64,000 nt of DNA from Chiloscyllium plagiosum (lineage: Eukaryota). Made by a program: the position numbers and the translations under genes. The notes under the pieces are model-generated. The model saw only the letters and a list, made by a program, of their open reading frames with translations, ran no database searches and was not told where the DNA came from. Location: positions 51,107,941-51,171,940 of the forward strand of contig NC_057718.1 in assembly GCF_004010195.1 (NCBI RefSeq), read 5' to 3'. Below are positions 13,047 to 26,100 of the stretch, piece by piece (the stretch's first letter is position 1; the number at the start of each line of letters is the position of its first letter).

Positions 13047-13783
13047 TGAACTGGGAAATGGCAAGGGGCAGGGTGACACAAGGCACATGGACACACAAGA
13101 TGGCCACTGAGCCATAAGTTGGCCACTTGACACACAAGATGGCTGCCGGACCACAATATGGAGAGAGACAGCAGAGCAAACACAGATACTGCCTGGGCCA
13201 CCAGGATGCCAGCACAATGCACTCACAACCTAGTAGATTAAGGCAGGTGGGGGAGAAAATATACATGAGTAGTGTATACTGCCCGCTGAAGTGTCTGGGT
13301 CCAGCCAACACCTTTGATAAAAATGCTAACTGTTTGACACAGGCTCAATACAAAGTGCTAATAGTCAGGGCTGCAGTAATCGTCCTTCTCAGGAAGAGCA
13401 ATTAGCGCCCATTACTACACTAAAGGACTTCTGCGCAGACGTTGAAATTGACGATGTCTGTGCTGAAACTGACAATGACTGCGCTGAAATTAACAAAGGC
13501 AGCGCTGAAACTGACAATGACTGCACCGAAACTATCGACAATTCTGCAATGTTTACAATGAACAAACTATGTTACAAAGACAATAACCTCATCACTGACC
13601 TATTATGTTATAAAATGTGTAAAAGTTAATTGACATGTGCTCCGGGTGGAGAGAAGACTCGCAGCTGACCACTGTGCTGTTGGTGTCTCTCTCTCACCCC
13701 AGAGCTCCAATATTTCCTTGTACAATAAACTCTATCATTGAACCCTGACTCTGTCTCCGAGGCTGGTGATTTTCCCCACAACA
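13047..13783 (+). mobile_element. Solo LTR (inner, nested)
   Basis: TG...CA termini with partial inverted ends; flanks GGAC/GGAG; TATAAAA at 13609-13615 and AATAAA at 13724-13729; internal tandem repeats. Confidence 0.6.
13441..13533 (+). repeat. 21-bp tandem repeat, about 4.4 copies (consensus GCTGAAACTGACAATGACTGC)
   Basis: Units start at 13441, 13462, 13483, 13504 and 13525; the units at 13462 and 13504 are identical. Confidence 0.9.
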
Positions 13784-14719
13784 GGAGTCTGTGTCTTTTA
13801 CGTCTGTGTCTTTTAAGACCAAGGACAGCATAACCTTGTTAAAGGAACAGCATTGTCACAACAGTAGAAAGATTTTAACCCCAAAACAGAAGGAAAAACA
13901 CGACTAGTACAAGCAATATCCAACAGACTGATGAGCCAGACACCAGTAAAATAATATTCTTTGAAGAAAGAAAAAACCTGGCATATAAGTGAGGCATCAA
14001 ATAAATTTTAAACTTTGCACATTGGGGCAGGTATATCCAGTCAGAAGCAATAAAGTAGACGAATCAAGAAACACCCTAGCCATCCACCACTCAACTCAAG
14101 AACCAGCAAGTATGCTACTCATTGCAAAAGACCAGTAGAATGTTAGGCCACTGGATAAAGACAGAGCAGTCATTGAAATTTTATACATTTCTAATCAAGA
14201 ATGTTTTCTATTGAGCAGGAAAACTTGCACAGACTTGCAAATTACTTACATAGTCAATGAAGTGGACAGTCATGAAAGATGAAATGGATTCCAAACTTAA
14301 TTTCCAAAATTGTCCAGCATGCCTGGGGGAAGCTGAAAACAGCTTATAACATAACACTGACAGCAGATGCAAAGCCAATTTGACTATTCACTCCTAGAAG
14401 AGTCCTACATGTATTTTTGAAAAATGTGAAACGTGAGATTGAGGTAATGCTTCATGAAGGAAGAATTTCGCTAGTGACCAAGGGAACAAATTGACCAAGT
14501 TAACAATCTATCTTCCATCTACCAACTGGAATGGTAGCAGTTATAAATCGGAATGGCTAATGAAGCAGTTGGGTGAATTTTATGTAAGTAAATAAAGCAG
14601 CAGAAAGAGATTACAGTGATTTCTGGCAGTTTCCATTAGATGCAGAATGCCTTTCATTGCAGCATTTGGACAGTACTGCTTTAATTGTTTACTTATTGCC
14701 ATTACTTCGGCATTACTTC

Positions 14720-15033
14720 GGCAGTGGTAGCAGTGCTGCCTCACAGTGCCAGGAACCCAGATTCAATTCCAGCCCCAAGTGGAGGAGTTTGCACATTCTC
14801 CCCGTGTATGCGTGGAATTCCAACAGTTGCTCCAGTTTCCTCCCACAGTCCAAAGATGTGCAAGTTAGGTGGATTGGCCAAGCTATATTCCCTATAACAT
14901 CCAGGGATGTTTAGACTAGTTGGAGTAGTCATGGTAAATGTGTGGTTACAGGGAGGACTGCTCTTCAGAGTGTAGGGATAGACTCAATGGGCCAAATGGC
15001 TTCTTTCTGCACTGCAGGGATTCTATGTTTCTA
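14720..15033 (+). mobile_element. HE1/V-type tRNA-derived SINE
   Basis: tRNA-like head, core GGAGTTTGCACATTCTCCCCGTG...CCTCCCACAGTCCAAAGATGTG, CR1-like tail GGGCCAAATGGC. Confidence 0.9.
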
Positions 15034-16756
15034 CAGATCTGTGCTAGAACAGAATATACTCAGGGAAAATATCAAAACACAGCAGAAACATTGTCAATAA
15101 TTATAATTTAGCAATCAGTACAGGAGGACAAGAACTTTATTGAAGTTAGGTCTTCACTTTCTTCACTGCAATGCACTTGTCTGAAAGTGCAAGAAAACAA
15201 CAGAAAATTAGACAATCTTGGGTATATGAGAAATGGGTGAAAGTTTGTTTATGCAATAAACAGCTCCATTCAATTGGGAGAAGAAACAAAGACAATATAA
15301 CAGGCATGCCTTGGTTACAATCAAAAGAGAAGCATTATTAGGATGGACCAGTTAACCAGCTGCTCCAGAAGAAAATATGACCAAAAAGCTAATAGTTGCT
15401 GATAATTTAAATAATGATTCACAAAGTGTAAATGAAAATGTGAAGAACTCATATCATAACTAACTCTGAGGGAATGACAAATGAGACAAGTGAGATTACT
15501 GAAATCACCATGATGTTTATTCCATGACACAGTGAATTTGGCGAGAGGTAGGGAGTATATAAGTTAAATATTGTATTTGGTCAGTAACTCGAGGGTTAGG
15601 TTTAGTGTAAAGGGTTAATACTCAAATATCTAAGCAGTAAGCTATGTCAGTAATGATTTAAGAAATCACAACTTCTGAGACTTGAAGACAGATGCAGACC
15701 ATAAAACTATCTAAACGTAAGACTGCAAATTTTTCCTAGAAAGTTGAATAATCAATCATCTCAAAAGACCTTAAGGTCCAGCAACCTCACTTGAGCAACG
15801 TACAGGACCCAACCACTTCCAAATCTATCACCACAATAACAGTGGGTTGAATCAAAAACATTTGAAACAGTCATAATCATTTCTTGCTGTCACCACCCAA
15901 ACAATCTTGGAACGTTTTAGCTATTGCTTTCTCTTGGAAAGTCAACAATACATATATGGCAAGAAGTTTATGTATTTTCAAGCTAAAGCAAATTATAATA
16001 GAAACATCACAATTAAAGGAGAACAAGTTATTTACTCGAGTCCTTTAACAAGGTGCTGCAACTAAACAAAAAGTGCAGTAAACTTGAAGCTTGTGTAAAT
16101 ACAATAGCTTGATAACACAAAACAATGGAATACTGGCAGGTTTATAATGTTGTGCTCCTGATGGAAGGCGCATGTTCTTAAAGGGTGAGACTATTTACCA
16201 GAAATGTTAAGTCTGAAATTAATATGTCAGCAAGTTTTCTAACAGTCTTATAGAGGCAATGCTGTTTACCTCTGTGTCTTTGTCCTGACAACAATACTAA
16301 GTAGTGGCAACATGTGACATATTTGGAGCTGCAGATGGTATTTTCAGTGGAAATGTTACCATAACATGTGATTAATATTTTACCATCCAGGAATCTGATG
16401 ACACTTGTTTTAGCTAATGATGCTAAAGAATATATGAATTCATATAAACATCATCATGCTAAACCATTTATCCGTATGTAGAAAGGTGCCTTAACATATT
16501 TACCAGCAATTCAAGTACTCAGTGCTAATCCACACAAACATTTTCAAAGACCATTTGACTATTTCTAGCCCCGAGCTTGGATGATTGGTGGTTATGGTGG
16601 AACTTAAACTTCTCGCCCTGATTTTTACTCTTTTCTTATGCTTCATTATGCCCTGTGCTTCTGACAATCCCAACAACCAGGCAGTCATTTTTTGTGCAAA
16701 CATTATGCAGAAACTCCATGTTTCAGATCATGTCTCAGTAAAATAATTTGGAATTT

Positions 16757-17137
16757 TTTTTAGATTAGAATCAGTCTGAACATTGTGGCACAGACAGTCT
16801 CACACAGGGCACCTCAACTTTCAATACATTATCTGGGCCAACATGACACCAATTGTTAAAGTTCACTTGAGAATATAACTTTTAAAAAGTTCTGTGATTT
16901 ATATATGAAAGAACTGAAACCAACATGTTCATTCTAAAAGATGAGAGACTTAACAAACAATCCAGGTTCTTTTCAATATATAATTTCAGTGACATCACAC
17001 TGTAAACTTTTGCTATAAATTCTGTGTCTTATGATCTTATACTCCACAACCATCTGATGAAGGAGCAGCACTTCAAAAGCTAGTGCTTCCAAATAAACCT
17101 GTTGGACTATAATCTAGTATTGTGTGACTTTTAACTC
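16757..17137 (+). mobile_element. PLE-type 3' terminal fragment with degenerate AGCT-type minimal HHR (17051-17085)
   Basis: cat-CTGATGA-aggagcagcacttc-aaa-AGCT-A-gtg followed by the same tail as 33592-33668 and 48380-48465; left boundary approximate. Confidence 0.7.
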
Positions 17138-19733
17138 GATAAAATGAAGTTCAGAACTGCAATTTATATACCAACTCTCAGTGGTCCGGAATTTGCTATT
17201 GGTAACAAATGGACAGTGTTTGCTGCTGTATATTGATCTCTGTGGGGTGGACTTACTTTTCCTGTTGTTAACTTGAATCAATGCAAGGGGATATCCAGCT
17301 ATCCAGCAACTGTGATGTCACTAGGCAGGATTAACAGCCAGTCATATAGAAAAATCTCACTGATAGTAAATTAAAGTTAAAATGTTCTGATTATGTTTCA
17401 CAACTAAGAAATTTTACAAAGAGCAAGATGAAGATGGGAGACATGTATCAGAAGCTGAAATATCATGCATGAACATAAAACAACTGTGCTTATAAGAGAA
17501 ATATGGAACTTTTATATTAATGTTAAAGTTGACATTACACAAATATAAATCTCAAGGAAAGATAGGCTGTTCTGGAGTAGCTATGACTAAGAACATTGCT
17601 AAAACTTTGTGAACCTCACTAATAAGTTTTTTTTTTCCTGTGATTTCTTGATGATATCATTGCAAAAGGAAGGAAACTCTCATCACTTCAACAACTTGAA
17701 AAAATTGTTGTCTACCTGGGTTTTAACAGTACATTGTGCTGGAAAAGGAATCACTGACAGTAATTTCTGAGTTTTTGCATTTAACTATGTGTTGGCAGAT
17801 GTGAGAGATTACTGTCAGTTATATAGAGTAATGGTAATAAATACTGACATTTTCACAACCATAACATGATAAGATCCAGGTTTTTACCTATCCTTTGTAG
17901 CTTAATAAAAGCTACTTGACTTCTATTTGTTTAAAAATTATTTGTATCCATGCATTTTCACACTGCCATTGGAAGATGCATAATCCAGGCCTTCCCTGCA
18001 TGAGCATGAGACGTTCACCTTTAATCTCAATCTGAATTACAGTTGCACTAAACCAATTGCTGCATGGCTAAATTTTCATATTTCAGGTAGGACAGTCCAT
18101 TTCTCCTGTGCCTATGTTGAACATTCTGCCAGGAGCATTATCTCAAAAGTATGCCAAAGCACTGCTGCATTCACCTGGTGGTTCATTTGACCAAGATTTC
18201 TCTTTGAACCTTAAAATGTGTCCAGGAAGTTTTTAGGTATGTTTCTTCATCTCTCTCCTGTTCTTGCTTTGCTTGTAATAAAGTACTTATTGCTACTTAC
18301 TGTGACTTCTGAAATAAAAATTCTAAGTGGTTCCAAACAGATTTCCTGAAGTGTAGCTTGCAGTGAGTCAGGGAATAAGCCACTGTAAGCTTCAAAAGGG
18401 AACAAATTTGCAGTATTTTGATTCATATTTTCTAACACATTCAGGTTTAAACAGCAGGATAATATCTAGATATTCATTTTTTTTAAAAAAATCAGTGATT
18501 TTCATTTGTATTGGTTTGATATAGCAATTATTATAAAGGTTTGTGATATTATCACTGCCTGATGATTTGGATTCTAAGGTGGAAGAATAATGAATTTTAA
18601 GATTAATTTGTACTTCTGTATTGTATGTGTTATGAAGGGAGGACATGATTTTTGTTTAATTTTAGATTCAGTCAGTGAGTGGTAATGGGGTGTCTGGAAG
18701 TGTATATAATTCTGTGCATTTTAATGAAGTGGTTCAGCCACTGAGATGATTTGTACTGTGCATTCGGAAAAAGAAGGGATTTTATGCAAACCACTGTTGC
18801 CTAGTGAAAGGAGTCCTATAATCACAGAAAGACAGAAGCATTATGAAACAACGAAGCAGTTTGCGGGTTTTTGTCAGTGAGAAAAGATTTGAAACAGCAA
18901 TTGTTTAGAATTCTCCAAACCAGATTGAATTGAAAAGAAATTCTAAATGGCTTAAAAGTCAGTAAGATAACAGCTTCACAAGCAAAAGTCTTCTGAAGAT
19001 ATAAGCTTAAGGAAATATAACCTAAAGTTGAATACTAAGTGAACTGAGGTAGCAGTTTGATAATAGTCTCAGGAAGAGTCATTAACAAAAGGAAGTAACA
19101 TTGAATGAATGCAAAAGTTCACAAAAAAAAAGAACTGATTGCAGTCATGGCAATTAAACAAGGAGCTTTAAAAGTGGAACAAGATATGATGTGGATGTGA
19201 ATGTAGGAGGTTAATAAGTTTGCAGATGACACCAAAATTGGAGGTGTAGTGGACTATATTTAGGGCTATATTATTGGTCAGAGAAAAAAATGATATGTTG
19301 CACTGAATCAACAGTATTACTTGGATCTAAGAACACTGGAAATGGAATCCCTCAGGTGAAAACAGGGAATTAGGTTTTGAGATCTGGGTGTACTGGAATA
19401 TTGTTCCTGAAGCTTGGAAGAACTTATTTAGAACTGAGGAAAAGTAACAGTGGGTGAGTGATGGGGGGAGATAGAATCTAGACTAGTTGAAGGATCTGAG
19501 GATTTTGCAAATTTGAAAGGGTTGGACACTTACAGTTGCTTTGAGTGTGGAGACTAGCATCTTTACTATTTCATTACTTCCAATTCTCCAGAAGATTTAA
19601 ACAAGTTGTGGGGTGGAAATGTAATTGCAAATTGTTCCTAGCTCAACGCCAAAAAGTAAACATGTGGCAATTCATTCCCATCCTTGACACACTCCATGAC
19701 TGATCTTAAACCAGAATTCAGGAAAATGCTTTA

Positions 19734-19810
19734 AATTCTGAAGAAGACTCATATTGGACTCAAAGCATTAATTCTGTTTCTCCCGTCGAGTTTCTCCAGC
19801 GTTTTCTCTT
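19734..19810 (+). mobile_element. Degenerate pLTR fragment with decayed minimal HHR
   Basis: aatt-CTGAAGA-agactcatattggactc-aaagcatt-aatt, then gagtttctccagc tail similar to 44443-44530. Confidence 0.55.
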
Positions 19811-21249
19811 CATGTTACATGCTATGTTCCTTAAAATACTTTTGCAGTTATTTCAGTAAAAGAATAGTAAGTTCATTTGTGAAATAAATCTAAATTCTGC
19901 ATTATGGTACTTAGGCCAATTTTCGAGTGTAAGAGTTATCATTGTTGGGATGGTGGGGGAGGCACGGGGTGGGGGTTTGGTGTGAGGGAGCAAGTTAACT
20001 ATTCAGTCATTGCCAACTGTTGTTACACAGGTCATGAGTGGACCTTAGAGTAAAAGCGAGGTAGCTACCAGTTGTGGGAAGTGGGAAAGGCAGCAAAAGC
20101 TAAGCGTGGTAAGGGAACTTAGTCTTCACAGTGTCCTCTGCAGTTTGAAGATATAAATCAATAGTCAGGATGCCAGAGCGGTGCTGTGTGAGGAGATTGA
20201 ATTTGATCAAGAAACAGGATTCAAAATAAACATTTAATCATGAAAAATGCATTACTGGCAAAGGTGACAAAGTATGCAAAATAAGATGATGCAAGATTCA
20301 TAACATTAAAAGCATTTCAAGAAATAATGCTACATCGGAATTGTGCAGTACCACAGACCTTTAGTGGATTACGACAGGTAGATGCATTTCATTTGTGGTG
20401 GTCTGAGATGACAAGAAAATCAATGCTAAAATGTGAAAAAGCAATGATTTTTGGCAACTGATTGCAATGCAGCACTTTTATCATTTTAATCTGCCTTTCA
20501 AAACAAACCCTTGATGGAATAAAACCTTTCGCTTTCTAAAGGCTGTGAAGGTCTAAGGTGAATTCAGGCAGTCTCAACCCAGTTTTTAATTGAGCAGGCA
20601 TCCAAAGAATAAAATTGCCTGTAACATGACAGTAACGGGAGATAAACTGACAATCTAACCCAGGGTAGCCATAAGGACAGCTGGTGAGAGATTTGGACAT
20701 GCCACATAGATATTTAAGTGGACTGTTTTGCCAAAATAGATTGGATGTGACACTGACCCCACTGATGTTACATCTCCTTGATGCTAACAGGGAGTAGAAG
20801 TGGAAAATACCCATTCACTCCATATCACAAACCTCTTTCTCCTTGAACAGTGAAATTTTTACATGAAAAAATATCACTGGATAAGAATTTCACAGTTAAT
20901 ATTTCTTCCGGTAATGTTAGTTGGTGAGATACAAGCAAACTCAGAGAGAAATAGCTGGGTAAATCTTAAGTCGGGTTTTGTGAAGGGTTTTTCACAATGA
21001 GGCCTAATCAGATTTCTCGCTGTTTCTGACCAAACCTGCCCCATTATTGAGCTGCCACGTCCCTGTGCCAACCCTGCAGTTTGATACAAGCCCCATTTAA
21101 CTATGTAACCATTCCTGGAACAATTTGCCCCTGCCAGGCTATCCAGGGATTGGCTGACAGCCCTGGAGTGTGCGCCATCTTTAAAAGGCTGCTCTGCACC
21201 CAGACAAACACTGTCAGCCCGAAAATGCTCTGCACAGTTTCCTGAACAT

Positions 21250-21435
21250 TTGCCCCGGACTTGCAGACAAAGAAAGTTTATTGTCGACTTTGCAAGTCCT
21301 GATGGATGGAGTGGTCAGATGTACTTTACTCCCAGGAACATCAGGAATGACAGTAAACTATGCCAGCCCTGGTCTGAAGTTGCCACCTATGTCAGTGCGG
21401 TCCCAGCAATCTGGAAAAATGCACTCTGCTAGTGT
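21250..21435 (+). pseudogene. Frameshifted Myb/SANT (trihelix)-like fragment, probably from a Harbinger transposon
   Basis: Two overlapping frames give LQVLMDGVVR..LLP and PWSEVATYVSAV..KNALC, resembling Harbinger Myb-like proteins; judged by eye only. Confidence 0.4.
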
Positions 21436-21847
21436 AGGTGTCACTGTCTTCTCTCTGATACCCATTTTATCTCTGCTACTGTATCCACCTCGCACCAAGG
21501 GTCTACCACTCTCACTGTTGCCTGCAACACTTTCCTTGCTGGCTAACAGTCACTGCAACCTGTGATATCAGTAGCCTTTCAAACGGTCTGCGGCATACTC
21601 ACTTATTTTCTCACCTGCAACAACACTAACAATTGTGCCACTCACTTTCATCTCCCTTAAATGTCTGCCTCTCTTATTAGAGGAAGTAAACAGCACATCG
21701 GCCTGAAAGAGTAAAAGCAGATGGTGAGCTGCCTGACGTTTAGCTCCTGATGTGGAGAGCATTCTGACAATGACCCTCCTGAGCAGCTAAATGACCACGT
21801 TCAAGCCCAGGATAGAGGGATTCTTAGAAACTGCCCTTGACCTATTC

Positions 21848-22192
21848 ATAGAATCCCTACCATGCAGAAGGCAGTTATTCAGCCCATCAAATTTGTACTG
21901 ACCTTCCACAGAGCATGCCACCCAAACTTATCCTATCCCCGTAAATCAGCATTTCCCATGGCTAAGCCATCGAGCTACATATCCCTGGGCACTATGCAAA
22001 ATTTAGCATGACTCATCCACCTAATCTGCACATCTTTGGACCATGGGAGAAAATCAAAGCACCCCAAGGAAACCCACACAGAAATGGGGAGAATGTGCAA
22101 ATTCCACACAGGCAGTCACCCAAAGGTGGAACTTAACCCAGGTCCCTAGCACTGTGAGGCAGCAGTGCTAACCACTGAACTACCATGCACCA
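21848..22192 (-). mobile_element. HE1/V-type SINE
   Basis: Reverse complement of the SINE head (ctgtgaggcagcagtgctaaccactga), core and tail. Confidence 0.9.
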
Positions 22193-23039
22193 CTTGGGAT
22201 CCAGCAGTGAATATCTCTCTTGACTTGGTGGAAGACTGATGATGGCCATTATAAGTTCCTGGTTTTATGCCTATGCTAAACAGTGAGACCATACAAAAGT
22301 GAGCCTGCTAATTGAAATGGCAATGCACAAAAAGGGAAGGTGTTGCTGTGATCATCCACGTGGGCTCAGAGTGAGTAAGTGCTTTTCGAGCAAGTAAACA
22401 GACCAGTGATGTGGCGTGGTCCAGACTATGAGCTGGGTTTATGTCCCTGAAGGCCACAGTGTCTTTGCTGCAGCATTACAATGACAGATGCTAGTGCAGA
22501 CCATTATGCAGTGTTGAAGTGTTGAAGTGTCCTGGATCAAAGATGTATCATAATTGTTCTTAGAGGTTGGCACATGTGAAATGCCAAAGTGGATGCATGT
22601 GGCCAGTGGCTGTGGTGTGTGGCCTTAGATGTTGGTACCTGATGTCCAACACGGACATCCTTTGAGGCAAATAGGGAGTTGAATTGCCACACATCTGCTC
22701 TGAATTCCATGTCAAGAATTCTTGGCATCAATTTGTTTGGTATATTTGGTAAGGTAGGAAGTTGACTATTAATAAGGTCTTTTGTTATGTTAATAAAGTG
22801 TTTAAAAGCAATAACCACCACCACCGTCCCACCCCTCTATTTGGTATCTCACTGCTGCCTAGCAAGAAATTTGCATAACCTCTGGGCAGATGGATTAAAC
22901 AATCCAGGAGTTGCTCAGAGATTTGAGCTGGGCTTTGCTGGACATCTTGCACAATTTAACCACAAACACTACCAAAGCTCACTTCATTCCTGCTCCTGTC
23001 AGATATTGCCAGCACTCCTTTTAGAAAAAAAAACAGTCA

Positions 23040-23180
23040 AATTGGATGGGTATGTGAATAGGAGGGGTTTGGACAGATGTGGGCAAGGTGCTAGATTAGG
23101 TTGGGATATCTGGTTGGCATGGACAAGTTGGTCCAAAGGGTCTGTTTCCATGCTGTACATCTCTCTGACTCTATGACTCT
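23040..23180 (+). mobile_element. CR1 3' end fragment
   Basis: ttggatgggtatgtgaatagga...aagggtctgtttccatgctgta...(actctatg)n tail. Confidence 0.8.
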
Positions 23181-26100
23181 AAATGCAACATTCAGATTTC
23201 AAAATGTTAGCAGGAAAGGCTGTATGTATTCAGTGGACCACAACCATATGTATGGATCAAACATGTTTTATTCCATAGATGTAGCATTCTGGAAATTTTT
23301 ATTTGTTGTCATTTCATGAAGGAGGTTCTGAATGGCAGCAGTTCTATGAATGGCTGCTTTGGTATTTGACACAGAATTAATTGCTAAAATGGTTCTTTCC
23401 CCACATTTTGAATCTTTCTGCTCCTTTCTCCATCCAATTTACTTCTTTTTCTGTTGATGGCATTCACTCTTCATTCGAGATGGTACCATAGCCAAGATTC
23501 TGAAGGAATTTGATCGGGTAGACATGAAGGATGGATTTGTATAGGAGTCAGAATGATGTGGACTAAGTTGCAATTTGTGGCTGAATCACACAAGTCATCA
23601 ATTGAGACCTATCTTGACAAGTGGAGCAACTTGCTTCATCTTTTATATATCCACCAGGTGTCAAGGTGAGGTTCTCACCTGGCAACAGTGAGTTGCCATT
23701 AAGGGAGATTCTTGACTAGAAAATACCTTCTCCAGTGCACATCTTGCCTCACTAAAATTCATCCTCCTATCTTCCTGACTGTGCCAAGCAAACCATACAT
23801 GGCGAATTCTCAACGCGGAAGGCGGAGCGACTGGTGGCTTTGACTTGCCACTGACTATAAAGGGAATCCATGACACCACAGTATCTCATTGGCATGATCC
23901 ATAAGCACCAGCCACAGCCACAGCCACACGTTTTCCCTAGAGACTGGCAACAAAGATTTGCCTACACTGCAGGATCCTCATGGCAACTCTCCATTCACTC
24001 GCAGGATGCTTGCGAAACACAGACTTGCATTGGAGGCCCCAGCAGCAGCTAGCATTGAAATGCTGTTGCAATGACACTTGGCTGGCATGAACAGAGTGGA
24101 TAAGATTGCCAGAGCCTAAAGGCCAAAAGTATTGCATGGATGTGCAGTACACCAGGTTCCAGTGGAGGAGAGCTGGGTGCAGCAAACCATCATGGAATAT
24201 TAAACAGTGATTGGTCAAGATGCCAGCATTTGGTTTGCATTGTGGGAACAAACTGTAGCTTCTATTTATTTTGTTTCTGAATGATTTATATTGGGACAAA
24301 TAGAAGCTCAGGATTGGAATTGTTTGATTGCTTGACTGTATGTGATATTTTTCGAATGGACATTGACAAGCTGCAGGTCTATGGTAGCTACTGGGTACAC
24401 AGTAATGGTGACCTAGAGAGGGCATTTGGAAAGGTTTGGCTCAGGACAGGTAAACTGTGTGGTCTAGTGGTTGAACACCAACTGGGTGAGAGAATGGAGT
24501 TGTGTGCGCGAGGAAGTGTTGCATGCCGTGAGCAGCATGGTTTTGTGGCTGCTGTGCCATTATGTTGCTGGTTAAGAGCCACAATGAATTGCCAATTCTT
24601 GCTTGGATGCACCATGGCCTCTTAAAAATGGTGCAGGTGCAAAAAGTGCCAGAGTTTTGAAAGATATCCACTGAGTGATGAGTTGTTCCTTGAATGGCAT
24701 GTGATAAGACAGGGCTAGAATTTGATGAGCATAATGCCATGGGGCAACATAGGCAGTTAATGAGGTAAGCTTGGTATGATACAGCAAGAAATCTCCCAAG
24801 GCCACACAGCAGAGAACCCTTGAAAAACCTTGATGAAATTGACACTCATTCAAAAAAACGAGGCATTTCAGCCCAACTTTTCAGCATTACATTTCAATTT
24901 GCTGAGATTGCCTTGTGTGGACAACACTGTCAGAGGCATAGCATCTCAGAAGGTTTTGTTTGACAGCATAGCTGAACCAGCAGTTAGCATTTTGTACCTT
25001 CGAAGATGGAAATGAAAATTTCCATTTGTAATGCCGTGCCTACTGCTTTCCATGGTAAATTATCCTAAAAATAGATTTTGTTCAAAACTTGGTTCTTGTG
25101 AATGAGTATCTATAAACTCATATTTTTAAAAGCTTTACAATGAGAAAAAAAGGGATTAACCATTAGTCATATGCTTAGATTGCTGCTAGGAGATTATGAT
25201 TAATAGATAATATGTGCCAGGAGGAATCTAGCCAAGTCTTTTATCATTACTCTCTGAAATCTTTTTGGAGGAGTATCAAGAAACCTGACTGTCAATCAAT
25301 AATAGTGAAAAAAACAAAAAAAAAACCTTTTGATTCTGTGAGTAAGTATGTTGTTCTCAGATATATTTTTAAGATAAAATTTCTATGATGTTTTGTCACC
25401 AAGGGCAGTAGACAGGGGGAGCCTGAATGCACCAGGCAACTGTATGTGATATAAACTGGGGTATTGCCCACAGTTTTCCATCCATTGAAGTCAGTGAATG
25501 GAAAATTGCAGGTGCACCTCCATAAGCTGCCTCGCTGTATCCCTATGGCATAGCTTCAGACTGTAATCAGACCACAGCATCACTGATGCAAAGATGACAC
25601 AGATCGAGTCTGTCCTGTTGTTTTTTTATCTCTCTTGGTAAATTCCTTTCATGTCATCCTTTCTGCCTACTAGATATCCTCTGAACTGCAGCACATTGCA
25701 GCCATTAATCATACTCTCTCAGATGGGCCCAGTGCCATGCCCTCCAGTGGAACACACTACAAACCTCTGTGTCACAGACACTCTAATTCAGTGCATGCTA
25801 AAGCATTCACGTGACATTTCTAGTTGAAAGGAAAATGATCACTTCAGCATTGTGCAAAACATCTGCTGCTTGTTTTCTGGAACATAACCAATGCATATAT
25901 TGAAGCATCATGTTGGAAACCCTCTTTGCAATTAAGATACTGATGTCAATAATTATTACAACAGATTGTGCATTTTTATGCATGTATATACACAGACACT
26001 TGCATATTTTTAAATTATATTTCATTTATGAAAAATAGCAAGACAGGCAGACTCACATTTACATGGCAGCTTACTACATTAATAAAACCTGCACTGCCCT

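Larger units (their letters stand above)
12468..13860 (-). mobile_element. Solo LTR (outer), interrupted by a second LTR
   Basis: TGT...ACA termini; flanks ATAG (12464-12467) and ACAG (13861-13864) resemble a 4-bp TSD; minus-strand AATAAA at 12614-12619. Confidence 0.6.

Noticed and set aside
13441..13533. CRISPR-like array
   Set aside because: Contiguous 21-bp units with no unique spacers, inside an LTR in eukaryotic DNA.
23660..24850. Cluster of overlapping ORFs up to 162 aa
   Set aside because: No recognisable domain; probably an old degraded repeat that I could not classify.
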